DNA from: a bacterium
Lineage (GTDB): Bacteria; UBA8248
DNA length: 64,000 bases
Assembly: GCA_965203325.1 (NCBI GenBank)
Contig: OZ241875.1
Location: 1,280,001 to 1,344,000 of the forward strand
Direction of reading: 5' to 3'
This document shows, piece after piece, positions 9,587 to 18,690 of the stretch. The position numbers and the translations under genes were made by a program. Within the stretch, counting starts at the first letter, position 1, and each line of letters begins with the position of its first letter. The notes under the pieces were generated by a model. The model had not been told where the DNA came from, did not search any database, and worked only from the letters and a program-made list of their open reading frames with translations.

Positions 9587-10753
9587 TCAAGCCCCCAGTT
9601 TCTGTTGCAGCCAGTCGTAGATGTAGGTCGTCCCCAGCGTCATGTTGTCGCGCTGGCAGTGCTGCGCGCCGCCTTCTTTCGACGTGAACACCTTGAAAGT
9701 CTTGTCTTTGGAGCCCACGGCGTTAAAGAGCTTCCTGGCGTCGCGCATGGGTATCTGCTTGTCCTCCGATCCGTGGACCAGCAGGAAGGGACAGCGCATC
9801 TTCTGCACCACGCCGTCGAGGCGGAAACCCTCGAGTTTTTCGAGCGCCTCGTCGGGCGTCTTCGCGTCCATGATCCACAGGATGTGATGATCGGGCACCG
9901 CGTGCAGCGACGTCCCCCAAGCCGCGAGGCGCTTTTTCCAGGTGGCGTGGTAGTCCCAGATCGCCCCCCAGGCGACGCAGGCCTTGTAGCGATGGTCCAT
10001 GCTCGCCGCACGGGGCGCGTAGTATCCCCCCGCGCTTAACGCGATGATCCCCGCGCGCCTCGCGTTCACGTCCCCTCTCGTTTCGAGGTAATCGAGCGCA
10101 GCCGAGCCTGCGACCTCATAATCGTGGCGCAGGTAGAGGCCCCTGAAGCGCGCCGCCTCGCCCGAACCCGGCCCGTCCACGACGAGACAGCTCATCCCGC
10201 GCGCGACCAGGCTCTCCACCCCCCGGACGTAGACGAGTTCCTTGGTGTTGTCGAGACCGTCGAAAAAGACCACGACGGGCGGCTTTCTTCTTCGCGTGTT
10301 CTCGGCGTGGACGAGCCAGGCGGGCAGCGACGCGCCTCTCTCGTAGGGAATCTCGACGCGCTCGATTCGCGGCCTGTTCGTCAGGCCGGCGAAACGCTGA
10401 AAACAATCGAGCGATTTCCTGAAGACGGTGTGGCCACGCCTGTCCTTGGGCGTGCGAAAGCGCTCGCCCATCTGGTAGTAGACGCACGCCCGGAGATGAT
10501 GGGCTGCCGCGGTAAAGCTCGAAGCCTCATTCTCCGCCGCCAGACCGAGCCTGCGAACGCGGTCGCCCATGCGCACCCACTCGCGGAACCAGGCCTCGTC
10601 ATCCCCCGGCTCCCGGGCGAGCCGGCGCCCCACCCGGTCGATCTCGCCAATCTCCGAAGCGCCCCATCTGGCGCACGAAATCATGAAACAAACCGCCGAG
10701 GACCAGCGGTACTCTCCCGGAAAATACGTGAACCAGTTCGCCTCCACCGGCAT
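9587..10753 (-). CDS. Alpha/beta hydrolase (DHPON-hydrolase/FrsA-like), paralog of 12256..13431
   Basis: 'FDGLDNTKE', nucleophile ALSAGG, 'EGGAQHCQ'. Start uncertain (ATG 10753 or TTG 10804). Confidence 0.8.
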   Translation of the reverse strand: MPVEANWFTYFPGEYRWSSAVCFMISCARWGASEIGEIDRVGRRLAREPGDDEAWFREWVRMGDRVRRLGLAAENEASSFTAAAHHLRACVYYQMGERFRTPKDRRGHTVFRKSLDCFQRFAGLTNRPRIERVEIPYERGASLPAWLVHAENTRRRKPPVVVFFDGLDNTKELVYVRGVESLVARGMSCLVVDGPGSGEAARFRGLYLRHDYEVAGSAALDYLETRGDVNARRAGIIALSAGGYYAPRAASMDHRYKACVAWGAIWDYHATWKKRLAAWGTSLHAVPDHHILWIMDAKTPDEALEKLEGFRLDGVVQKMRCPFLLVHGSEDKQIPMRDARKLFNAVGSKDKTFKVFTSKEGGAQHCQRDNMTLGTTYIYDWLQQKLGA

Positions 10754-10883
10754 ATCCGCCAAAATCCCGCCTCCCGCGCCAGATGGCCGCTTCGCTCCGG
10801 CCAAGTGAATGTTGATGAAGATTCAGGCTATGATATATCCACCTATAACATGAATCCACCCGATGACGCCGTGAGGAGGAACC

Positions 10884-12245
10884 ATGACGACTGGAGCGCT
10901 TTCCGACGTATTCGCCTATATTGACGCGCACGCAGAGCAGACGGTGGAGGATCTGTGCGAGCTCTGCCGCCAGCCAAGCATCTCCACCACCCACATCGGG
11001 ATAGAGGGCATGGCCGCGCTCACCCAGGAGCGCCTGGAAAGAACCGGCTTCAACGTCACCCGGCACGAAACCTCGCACAACCCCATCTTCACAGGCTTCC
11101 TGCCGGGGCGCTCCGACAAGACGCTCCTCTTCTACAACCACTACGACGTCCAGCCGCCCGATCCGGTGGATGAATGGATAAACCCGCCGTTTGAACCCGC
11201 GATTCGGGACGGCCATGTCTTCGCCCGGGGGGCGACGGACAACAAGGGCAACATCATGAGCCGCCTGGCCGCCTTCGAGGCCTTTCTGGCGGTGCGCGGG
11301 GAACTCCCCTGCAACGTAAAGTACCTGATCGAGGGCAACGAGGAGATGAGCAGCCCCTCGCTGCGCCACTTCGTGCCAGAGAACAAGGAACTCCTGGCCG
11401 CCGACGGCTGCATCTGGGAGGACACCTTCCGCGAGGACGCCCCCGTCCTCTCGCTCGGCAACAAGGGGATGTGCTACCTGGAGCTCAGTTGCCAGACGGC
11501 GAACGTGGATTTTCACAGCAGCCACGCCCAGATTTACGAGAACGCCGGCTGGCGGCTCACCTGGGCGCTGGGCACGATGAAGGACGAGAACGAGAACATC
11601 CTGATCGATGGATACTACGATGAGGTCGTCCCCCTGAACGAGACCGAAGAGGCCCTGATTGAGAAGATAAAATCCTATGACGCCGATGAGCGGATGGAAA
11701 AATTCGAACTCAGGCGTTTTCTCCTCGATCTGCCGGGAGAGGAGTTGCCGAGACGGCATCTGACGAATCCCACCTTCAACATCGCAGGCCTCAACGCGGG
11801 CTACACCGGCCAGGGGCGAAAGACCATCGTCGCCGGACGCGCGAGCGCAAAGATAGACTGCCGCCTCGTGGTGGCCCAGACGCCCGAGCACATCTACAAC
11901 TGCGTGCGCCGCCACCTGGAGGAGCACGGCTTTGCGGACATCGAGGTCGAAATGCTGGGGCCGGGCTCCTTCCCCGCCAAGAGCGACCCTGAAAGCGCGG
12001 TCGTCAAGGCGTGCCAGGCGGCCTCACAGGATGTCTATGGCAAGGAGGCGATCATCAATCCCTTTGGCAGCGGGAGCACGCCGACCTGGACGATCATCCG
12101 CCATCTGGGGATTCCGCTTTGCTCGACGGGCGTGGGCTACATCACCGCGCGCACGCACAGCGTGAACGAGAACCTCAAGATCGAGCACCTGATCGAGGGT
12201 GCGAAATACATGGCGGCCATCTGCGAGCGCTTCGCCGCCTCATGA
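10884..12245 (+). CDS. M20/M25/M40 family metallo-hydrolase (ArgE/DapE/dipeptidase-like)
   Basis: 'YNHYDVQP', 'ARGATDNKG', 'EGNEEMSS', C-terminal 'THSVNENL'. GAGGAGG RBS. Confidence 0.9.
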   Translation: MTTGALSDVFAYIDAHAEQTVEDLCELCRQPSISTTHIGIEGMAALTQERLERTGFNVTRHETSHNPIFTGFLPGRSDKTLLFYNHYDVQPPDPVDEWINPPFEPAIRDGHVFARGATDNKGNIMSRLAAFEAFLAVRGELPCNVKYLIEGNEEMSSPSLRHFVPENKELLAADGCIWEDTFREDAPVLSLGNKGMCYLELSCQTANVDFHSSHAQIYENAGWRLTWALGTMKDENENILIDGYYDEVVPLNETEEALIEKIKSYDADERMEKFELRRFLLDLPGEELPRRHLTNPTFNIAGLNAGYTGQGRKTIVAGRASAKIDCRLVVAQTPEHIYNCVRRHLEEHGFADIEVEMLGPGSFPAKSDPESAVVKACQAASQDVYGKEAIINPFGSGSTPTWTIIRHLGIPLCSTGVGYITARTHSVNENLKIEHLIEGAKYMAAICERFAAS

Positions 12246-12255
12246 TTCAGGGCGG

Positions 12256-13431
12256 TCAGGCCTTCAGCTTCTCCGCCAGCCAGTCGCACATGTAGGGAAC
12301 GGCGAGGGGCACGTTGTCCATCTGGCAGTGCTGCGCGCCGCCTTCCTCGTTCCTGAACACGCGCAGGGTCTTGTCCTTGGAACCCACCAAGCGGAACAGC
12401 GCGCGGGCCGCTTCCAAGGACACCTGCTGATCGTCCTCGCCGTGCACGAGAAGATAAGGGCAGCGCATCTTCTGCACCACGCCGTCGAGCCGGAAGTCCT
12501 CCAGTTTTTCGAGCGCCTCTTCCACCGTCTTGGCGTTCAGTATCCAGAGGATGTGATGCGGGGGCACCGAGAGAGCGCTCTTATACTGCGCTTCGATGCG
12601 CCGCTTCCAGCGCTCGTGATAATCGGGTTCCGCCCCCCAACCCACACACGCCTTGAAGCGTCTTTCCATGCTGGCGTTTCTGGGAGCGTAGTATCCGCCC
12701 AGGCTGATGCCCATCACGCCTGCGCGCTTCGCGTTCACGTCGTCGCGCGTTTCGAGATAATCGAGCGCTGCCCCGCCTGCCGCCTCGTGGTCGTAGCGGA
12801 GATATAGCTTTCGGAAGCGGATGGATTCGCCGTTGCCGGGCGCATCCACAATGAGAACGCTCATCCCCCGGCGGACGATATCCTCGACGCCCAACATGTA
12901 CTGAATCTCTTTCGTGACGTCGAGACCGTCGAAATACACCACGACGGGGGGCTTCGCCTTTTTCGTGTTCTCGGCGTGAACGAGCCAGGCGGGGAGCGCG
13001 GCATCTCCTTCGAAGGGAATCTCGACGCGCTCGATTCGCGGTGAATCCGTCAGGCGGGCGAAACGCTCGAAGCAATCAAGCGATTTCCTGTACGCCGCGA
13101 GCGCCTTCCTGTCCTTGGGCGTCCTGAAACGCTCGCCGATCTGGTAGTAGGTGCAGGCGCGCTTCAGGAGCGCTGCGGCGGTGAGGCCGTTTCCTTTTCG
13201 CTGCGCGGCCAGACCCAGCCTCCGCACCCGATCGCCCATGCCGGTCCACTCGCTGAACCAGGCCTCATCGTCTCCCACCTTGTCTTTTAAGCGCTTTCCG
13301 ACCTGATCGATCTCCCCCATCGCCGCCCCGCCCCAGTAGGAGACGGAACACGCCATGCTCACCGCCGCGGACCAGCGGTAGTCTTCCGGGAAATACGCGA
13401 ACCAATCGGCGCGTCCTATGGCTTTGGCCAC
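12256..13431 (-). CDS. Alpha/beta hydrolase (DHPON-hydrolase/FrsA-like)
   Basis: 'FDGLDVTKE', GISLGG, 'EGGAQHCQ'. GTG 13431 with AGGAG RBS chosen to avoid overlap with the cupin gene. Confidence 0.8.
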   Translation of the reverse strand: MAKAIGRADWFAYFPEDYRWSAAVSMACSVSYWGGAAMGEIDQVGKRLKDKVGDDEAWFSEWTGMGDRVRRLGLAAQRKGNGLTAAALLKRACTYYQIGERFRTPKDRKALAAYRKSLDCFERFARLTDSPRIERVEIPFEGDAALPAWLVHAENTKKAKPPVVVYFDGLDVTKEIQYMLGVEDIVRRGMSVLIVDAPGNGESIRFRKLYLRYDHEAAGGAALDYLETRDDVNAKRAGVMGISLGGYYAPRNASMERRFKACVGWGAEPDYHERWKRRIEAQYKSALSVPPHHILWILNAKTVEEALEKLEDFRLDGVVQKMRCPYLLVHGEDDQQVSLEAARALFRLVGSKDKTLRVFRNEEGGAQHCQMDNVPLAVPYMCDWLAEKLKA

Positions 13432-13489
13432 CTTCTTTCTCCTTTCGATAAAAAAAAGACCGCACTCCCTGAAGACGCGGCCCGGAACC

Positions 13490-13822
13490 CTACCCATCGT
13501 TCCCCGGAATGAGCGCCTCGCGCGGCGGACTGTAGATGCCGATGTAGCGGATGGGCGTGAGCGCATCCACCTGATGCACGAGGTCGGGCTCCACGTGTAT
13601 CGCCTGGCCCGCCTTTATCTCGCGCTCCTCATCGCCCAGGCGAAAGCGCGCCCGGCCTTCGAGGAGATAGATCATCTGCTCGTTGGGGTGGCTGTGCTCC
13701 GTGGTGGAGCCCGCCTCGCGCTCGACGTAGACGAGCATCAGGTTCTCGCCCACGATCACCCGGCGCTTGTAGCCCTCGAGTTGCTTGTAGTCCACTTCCT
13801 GCAGATCGTAAAAACCGCCCAT
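13490..13822 (-). CDS. Cupin domain protein
   Basis: 'EHSHPNEQMIYLLEG', 'GQAIHVEPDLVH', 'SPPRE'. Confidence 0.85.
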   Translation of the reverse strand: MGGFYDLQEVDYKQLEGYKRRVIVGENLMLVYVEREAGSTTEHSHPNEQMIYLLEGRARFRLGDEEREIKAGQAIHVEPDLVHQVDALTPIRYIGIYSPPREALIPGNDG

Positions 13823-13861
13823 TTCTTATCTCCTAAAAAACATAAACAAACAGACAACCTC

Positions 13862-14656
13862 TTAGCGCCCCGTGAAGTGGGGCGGTCTCTTCTCCATGAA
13901 GGCTCTTCTGCCCTCAATGTAATCTTCGCTCTCGAAACACGCCTGCACGGCCGCCTGAACCGCTTCCAGGTCGCGCTTCGCCTCGTCTTTCTGGGCTTCC
14001 GCGATGGCCGTCTTGTACGCCCGGACGGACAAGGGGGCGTTCGCCGCGATTTTAGCGACCAAGGCGCGGACACTTGCTTCGAGTTCTTCCGCGGGCGCCA
14101 CGCGGTTCACGAGGCCGAAATCGAGCGCCTCCTGGGCGGAAAACCGCTCTGCGGAAAAAGTCATCTCCTTGGCGCGCGCAGGTCCCACCAGCGCGATGAG
14201 TTCCCGCATGCTCTCGTGTCCGTAAGCCATGCCGAGCCGGGCCGCCGGAACCCCGAAGAGGGCGTCTTCGGAAGCGATGCGGATGTCCGCACTCAGGGCG
14301 AGCGTGAGGCCGCCGCCCAGACAGTAGCCGTGGATCATGGCGATAAGGGGCTTTCGCAGACCAGTCAGGCTGCGTTTGGCGCGCCACAACACGCTCGAAT
14401 AATGTTTCACCTTCCCGGGGTCGTTTCGCCTCTTCTCGAACTCGGAAATGTCGGCTCCCGAGACGAAGGCCTTCTCCCCCGCCCCGCGCATGACGACGAC
14501 GCGCACCGAATCGTCCGCCTCGAAGAATTCGATGATCCCCGGAATCGCCTCCCACATCTCGAGGCTCACGGCGTTTCGCTTATCTGGGTTGTTGAAGACC
14601 ATCCAGCCGATTCTGTCCTCAACCTTCGCGAGCATCTTCTCCGTGCCCGGCTTCAC
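13862..14656 (-). CDS. Enoyl-CoA hydratase/isomerase
   Basis: 'NNPDKRNAVS', 'AFVSGADISEF', 'GYCLGGG', 'EDYIEGRRAFMEKRPPHFTGR'. Confidence 0.9.
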   Translation of the reverse strand: MKPGTEKMLAKVEDRIGWMVFNNPDKRNAVSLEMWEAIPGIIEFFEADDSVRVVVMRGAGEKAFVSGADISEFEKRRNDPGKVKHYSSVLWRAKRSLTGLRKPLIAMIHGYCLGGGLTLALSADIRIASEDALFGVPAARLGMAYGHESMRELIALVGPARAKEMTFSAERFSAQEALDFGLVNRVAPAEELEASVRALVAKIAANAPLSVRAYKTAIAEAQKDEAKRDLEAVQAAVQACFESEDYIEGRRAFMEKRPPHFTGR

Positions 14657-15840
14657 ACCACGCCCTCCTCGCGCAATGCCTCGATTTGGGCCGCGTCATA
14701 GCCCAGCAATTCCTTCAGCAATTCTTCGGTGTGCTCGCCCGGCTCGGGTGCAGCGGAGCGCATGGGCTGGGGGCTATCGCCCATCTTGAGCGCCTGGCCG
14801 ACGACGCGCATCCGCCCGAGTGCGGGATGATGGACTTCAGGCGCCATGCCCAGCGTCTCGACCTGCGAGTCCGCCATCGTCTGATCCACCGAATAGATGG
14901 GGCCGCATGGAATCCCCGCCTCGTTGAGGAGCGCTACCCATTCTCCAGTCTTTCTCTGAGACGTCAGGGCGTTGATGCGCGCATTCAGGGCGTCTCGGTT
15001 TACGAGGCGGTTCTTCATGTCTGCGTAGTCGGGGTTTTCCGCCAACTCCGGTGCACCGAGCGCCACTGTCAAACGCTCCCACAAACGCTGCCCACCCGCC
15101 TGAATGTTGATGAGGCCGTCCGTCGTCTCGAACACGCCGGTGGGAATGAACGTGGGGTGATTGTTGCCCGCCTGGCCGGGGACCTCCCCCGCCATCAGGT
15201 AGCGCGCCATTTGGAAGTCCATCATCTGGATCTGCGCTTCAAGCAGGGAGGTGTGCACCCACCGCCCCTCGCCCGTCCTCTCGCGATCGAGCAGCGCCAT
15301 CAGTATCCCCTGGGCGAGGAGAATGCCGGCGGACAAATCAGAAACCGGAACGCCAGCGCGCATCGGCCCACCCCCCGGCGCGCCCGTGACCGACATCAGC
15401 CCGCTCATTCCCTGGGCTATCTGGTCCAACCCCGGCCGCTCGGCGTAGGGTCCCGCTTGCCCGAAACCCGATATGCTTCCGTAGACAATTCTGGGGTTCA
15501 CCCGCCGCACGGCCTCATAATCGACGCCCAAGCGCTTCTTCACGCGGGGGCGGTAGTTCTCGACGATGACGTCAGCGCTTTTCGCCAGTTCGAAGAAAAT
15601 CTCCTTGCCCTTTTCAGTCTTGAGGTTGAGCGTGAGACTTTTCTTGTTGCGGTGCAGATTCTGGAAATCGAACCCGTGGCGGCGCCCGTCCATCACGTCC
15701 ACTCCCATCAAGGCGGGGAGCTCGATCTTGACCACCTCCGCTCCCCAGTCGGCGAGTTGGCGCACCGCCGTTGGCCCCGAGCGGGCCTGCGTGAGGTCGA
15801 TAACCTTGAAACGAGCGAGCGGCCAGAATGGTTCGGACAC
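14653..15840 (-). CDS. CaiB/BaiF family (class III) CoA transferase
   Basis: 'DLTQARSGP', 'LADWGAEVVKIE', 'HRNKKSLTLNLK', 'ADVIVENYRP', 'APEPGEHT'. Translationally coupled to the hydratase. Confidence 0.9.
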   Translation of the reverse strand: MSEPFWPLARFKVIDLTQARSGPTAVRQLADWGAEVVKIELPALMGVDVMDGRRHGFDFQNLHRNKKSLTLNLKTEKGKEIFFELAKSADVIVENYRPRVKKRLGVDYEAVRRVNPRIVYGSISGFGQAGPYAERPGLDQIAQGMSGLMSVTGAPGGGPMRAGVPVSDLSAGILLAQGILMALLDRERTGEGRWVHTSLLEAQIQMMDFQMARYLMAGEVPGQAGNNHPTFIPTGVFETTDGLINIQAGGQRLWERLTVALGAPELAENPDYADMKNRLVNRDALNARINALTSQRKTGEWVALLNEAGIPCGPIYSVDQTMADSQVETLGMAPEVHHPALGRMRVVGQALKMGDSPQPMRSAAPEPGEHTEELLKELLGYDAAQIEALREEGVV

Positions 15841-16269
15841 TGCAAAGACTCCACCTGATTCGAGGGAGAATCCCGGGCTTTCGGCGATTCCCTTTTCTAT
15901 GAAGTGTTTGGCGTTATCTTAGCAGGTTTTGGGAGGGAGCCTAAGCCGGTCGAGGACTATATACATTTTCTATAAAGAAAACGTCGAGAACACTTTCCAG
16001 AAGCCCGGAGTCGCGGCAGCGGCACTTATTCCAATCAAGGAACAGGCAATTTCGAACCGATGTCTCGCCCGTTTAGAGAGGCCGGGGAATCTCCCGCGAG
16101 CGTGAAATGCTTGTAGTTTATTAAAAGTATTGCGGGTATTTGTATTTGGGAATTTCGATTGAGATTCGCTTTCTGTAATAAGTAAGCAAATCGAAAGGAG
16201 ACTGATTCAAACTTATATGAACACCTACCCGGTGACAAGGACCGATTCAATGCGTCTGACGATCAGGTT

Positions 16270-16420
16270 GCAGTTTTATATTCGGCCTGTCGTTGCAGGA
16301 CACCATGTCTGCCGACCCTGATGGAATCAGCCGACCCGCGCCCCATTTTCTGTCAAGGCTTTTCGCCTTCGTTGCCATACAGACTTTGCGGGCCGCGGTC
16401 TGACCTGTTCGCCATCACAC
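16270..16420 (-). ncRNA. Putative IS1111-type seekRNA/bridge-RNA-encoding region
   Basis: Lies downstream of the transposase stop. Reads GATGGCGAACAGGTCAGACCG...GCTGATTCCATCAGGGTC...CAGGCCGAATATA with internal hairpins (AAGGC-GAAAA-GCCTT; GCAGACA-TGG-TGTCCTGC). Boundaries approximate. Confidence 0.5.
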
Positions 16421-16494
16421 TTCATCCTGCCTTGCGCAATCCTTCGGCGTGCCAACTCCGTTCATCGTTTCGTGTTATCTTTCGCCACCCGGAC

Positions 16495-16860
16495 TTACGC
16501 AGGATGGCCGACAAAGTTTCGTTGGTACTCTCGGTCATGGGCCAGCAGGGCCCGGATCGTGCGCGCCACCTTGTACGCCAGAGCGACGACGACCACGTTC
16601 GGGGGCCGTCGCCCGGCCAGGCGCAATACCCATTCGCGCGGCGCCTTGCCGTGAACGATTGCGGCGCGTGCTCCGTGTATCAACATGGTGCGCAAATACC
16701 TGTCGCCCCGCTTGGAGATTCCAAGCACGCGCACCCTGCCACCGGTCCCGACGTGGCGGGTCGTCAGACCCAGCCAGGCGGCGAACTCCCGACTGGACCT
16801 GAATGCGGCGGGATCGCCCATCGCAGCCACCGAAGCGGTCGCGCCCAGTGCTGCGAGCCG
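16495..16860 (-). pseudogene. IS110 transposase fragment (C-terminal Tnp/Transposase_20 domain only)
   Basis: 'FRSSREFAAWLGLT..HVGTGG...LGISKRGDRYLRTMLIHGARA', 'VVVVALAYKVARTIRALL'. The N-terminal DEDD RuvC domain is absent. Confidence 0.85.
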
Positions 16861-16938
16861 CGGCTTAAGGTTTTCAGTGGTGGTTCGCAGGATAGGGTTG
16901 CCATTCAGTATATTCATGAAATTTATTTTCCGTTTAAC

Positions 16939-17046
16939 TGATTGTAATACAAAAGGTTACCATATAAACTTGAGCATCGCGCACTCAGATTCAGCGGCAA
17001 AAAAAATTTCCGGCTCCCCCGCATTTGCGCGCAATTGCCCGCATTT
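16939..17046. repeat. Dispersed ~110-bp non-coding element, copy 1 (inverted relative to copy 2 at 24653-24762)
   Basis: Reverse complement aligns with 24653-24762, sharing blocks TTGCGCGCAAATGCGGGG, ATCTGAGTGCG, TATGGTAAC and TATTACAATCA. Confidence 0.75.
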
Positions 17047-17058
17047 GCGAGCGGCCGC

Positions 17059-18078
17059 CTAGGGGAGTTCGGCTCGGAGCGGACGCGCCATGAGGTCGCG
17101 CACGGCGTCCCTGGGACTCCTGCCCTCGAACAGCACGGCGTGCACCTCGCGGCATATGGGCATCTCCACGCCGTACTCATCCGCGAGCCCCACGGCCGCC
17201 GGCGCGGTGGATACGCCCTCAGCCACCGCCGTCATGGATTCGAGTATCTTCTGCAGGGGCTCTCCCGCCCCCAGCCGCACGCCGACCGTCCTGTTCCGGC
17301 TCAGGTCGCCCGTGCACGTGAGCACCAGATCGCCCATGCCCGCCAGACCCGCGAAGGTCTCCGCCCGGCCGCCCATCGCGGCGCCCAGGCGGGCGATTTC
17401 GGCCAGCCCGCGCACGATGAGCGCCGCCCGCGCGTTGAGGCCGAGTTCCATGCCGTCCGCGACCCCCGCCGCCAGGGCGATGACGTTCTTGAGCGCGCCG
17501 CCGAGCTGGGCGCCGACCGGGTCTTCGCCCGTGTATATCCTGAAACTAGGCGCCGAGAGGGTTTCTTGAATCGCTTTCGCGGCGCCGGAATCGCCCGACG
17601 CCGCCGTGACGGCCGTGGGTTTTCTCTCCGCGAGTTCGCGGGCGAACGTCGGCCCCGAGAGACAGGCAAGGGCGCGTCCGGCGCCGCCCGCCTCGGCGAC
17701 GCACCCGGAGATAACCTGGGTCGGCAGGAGCAGCGTTTTCTCTTCCACGCCCTTCGTGGCGCTCGCGACGAGCGTTTCCTCGTGAACCGAAGGCGCGAGC
17801 TTCGTCCATACCGCCCGGACGACGTGGCTCGGCATCACGCTCACGAGGACGTCCTGGCCCGCCGAGGCGGCTTCGGCCAGATCGGGCGTGAAGCGCAGAT
17901 TCTCATGCAGGGCGACGCCGGGCAGGTACAAGTCGTTTTCACGGTGGGCGGCCATGCGGGCGCAAAGGTCGGCCTCGAACACCCAGAGCATCACCTCGTG
18001 GCCGGTTTCAGAGAACAAATCCGCCAGCGCCGTCCCCCAGGCGCCGGCGCCGATCACGGCGATTCGCTGCGGCGTCAT
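17059..18078 (-). CDS. gpsA: NAD(P)H-dependent glycerol-3-phosphate dehydrogenase
   Basis: 'VIGAGAWGTALA', 'LSGPTFAREL', 'GGALKNVIALAAG', 'GLAGMGDLVLTCTGDLSRNR', 'VAEGV'. Confidence 0.95.
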   Translation of the reverse strand: MTPQRIAVIGAGAWGTALADLFSETGHEVMLWVFEADLCARMAAHRENDLYLPGVALHENLRFTPDLAEAASAGQDVLVSVMPSHVVRAVWTKLAPSVHEETLVASATKGVEEKTLLLPTQVISGCVAEAGGAGRALACLSGPTFARELAERKPTAVTAASGDSGAAKAIQETLSAPSFRIYTGEDPVGAQLGGALKNVIALAAGVADGMELGLNARAALIVRGLAEIARLGAAMGGRAETFAGLAGMGDLVLTCTGDLSRNRTVGVRLGAGEPLQKILESMTAVAEGVSTAPAAVGLADEYGVEMPICREVHAVLFEGRSPRDAVRDLMARPLRAELP

Positions 18079-18082
18079 CACG

Positions 18083-18646
18083 TCATCCCGAGCGACGCGT
18101 CTTTCTCTTCGCCCCGGATTTCGCGGCCACTCTTTTCTCGGCCAACGTCTGTTTCCTGGCGGCATCGCCCTTGGCGACGGCTTTCTTGCCAGCGGCGCTT
18201 CTGGCTTCCCACTTCAGCTTGTGCTTGAGGTGCTTCTCTTCCTCCCAGACATGCTGCGTGCCGTCGCCCATGAAGACGACGAAAACCTCGCAGCCATCGG
18301 GATATTCATACGGGCCGTGCGGCAAATCCCAACCGAAAACGTAATCGCCCGGCCTTAAATCCTTGCCCGCCACGCACATCCTGCCCCGGGTCACCAAAAT
18401 GGAATGCCAGCTCTTGTGCGTATGGCGAGGCTCCACATAGCCTTTCGGGAACTTCACCTTCATGTCGATGCGCTTCATCACCGGGTCATGCGCGAAAATC
18501 TTCACCTTCACTCCCGGCGGCAGGGTCAGCAGTTCGTTGCTCACGTCTTCTTGCCACTCTACGTCCTTGTTATAGATGGCGCGGAAGCGGTGGTCAAAAT
18601 CCTGTTTGGCGGGCTTCTTTTTGGTTGCTTGTTTCCTGGGGGGCAT
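18083..18646 (-). CDS. Cupin domain protein (ChrR-like) with basic termini
   Basis: 'FPKGYVEPRHTH', 'LRPGDYVF...PHGP'. Confidence 0.65.
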   Translation of the reverse strand: MPPRKQATKKKPAKQDFDHRFRAIYNKDVEWQEDVSNELLTLPPGVKVKIFAHDPVMKRIDMKVKFPKGYVEPRHTHKSWHSILVTRGRMCVAGKDLRPGDYVFGWDLPHGPYEYPDGCEVFVVFMGDGTQHVWEEEKHLKHKLKWEARSAAGKKAVAKGDAARKQTLAEKRVAAKSGAKRKTRRSG

Positions 18647-18690
18647 GTCTTCTCCTCATGAAAATGATCGATAACCCAACGATGGCGGAT

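Larger units (their letters stand above)
16213..16860 (-). mobile_element. IS110 family (IS1111 group) insertion sequence remnant, 5'-truncated
   Basis: C-terminal transposase motifs followed by about 280 bp of non-coding DNA ending in ...TTGTCACCGGGTAGGTGTTCATATA, which resembles an IS1111-type right end. Confidence 0.7.

Noticed and set aside
16321..16941. 206-aa plus-strand ORF over the IS remnant
   Set aside because: It is antisense to the recognisable IS110 transposase fragment and its non-coding end.
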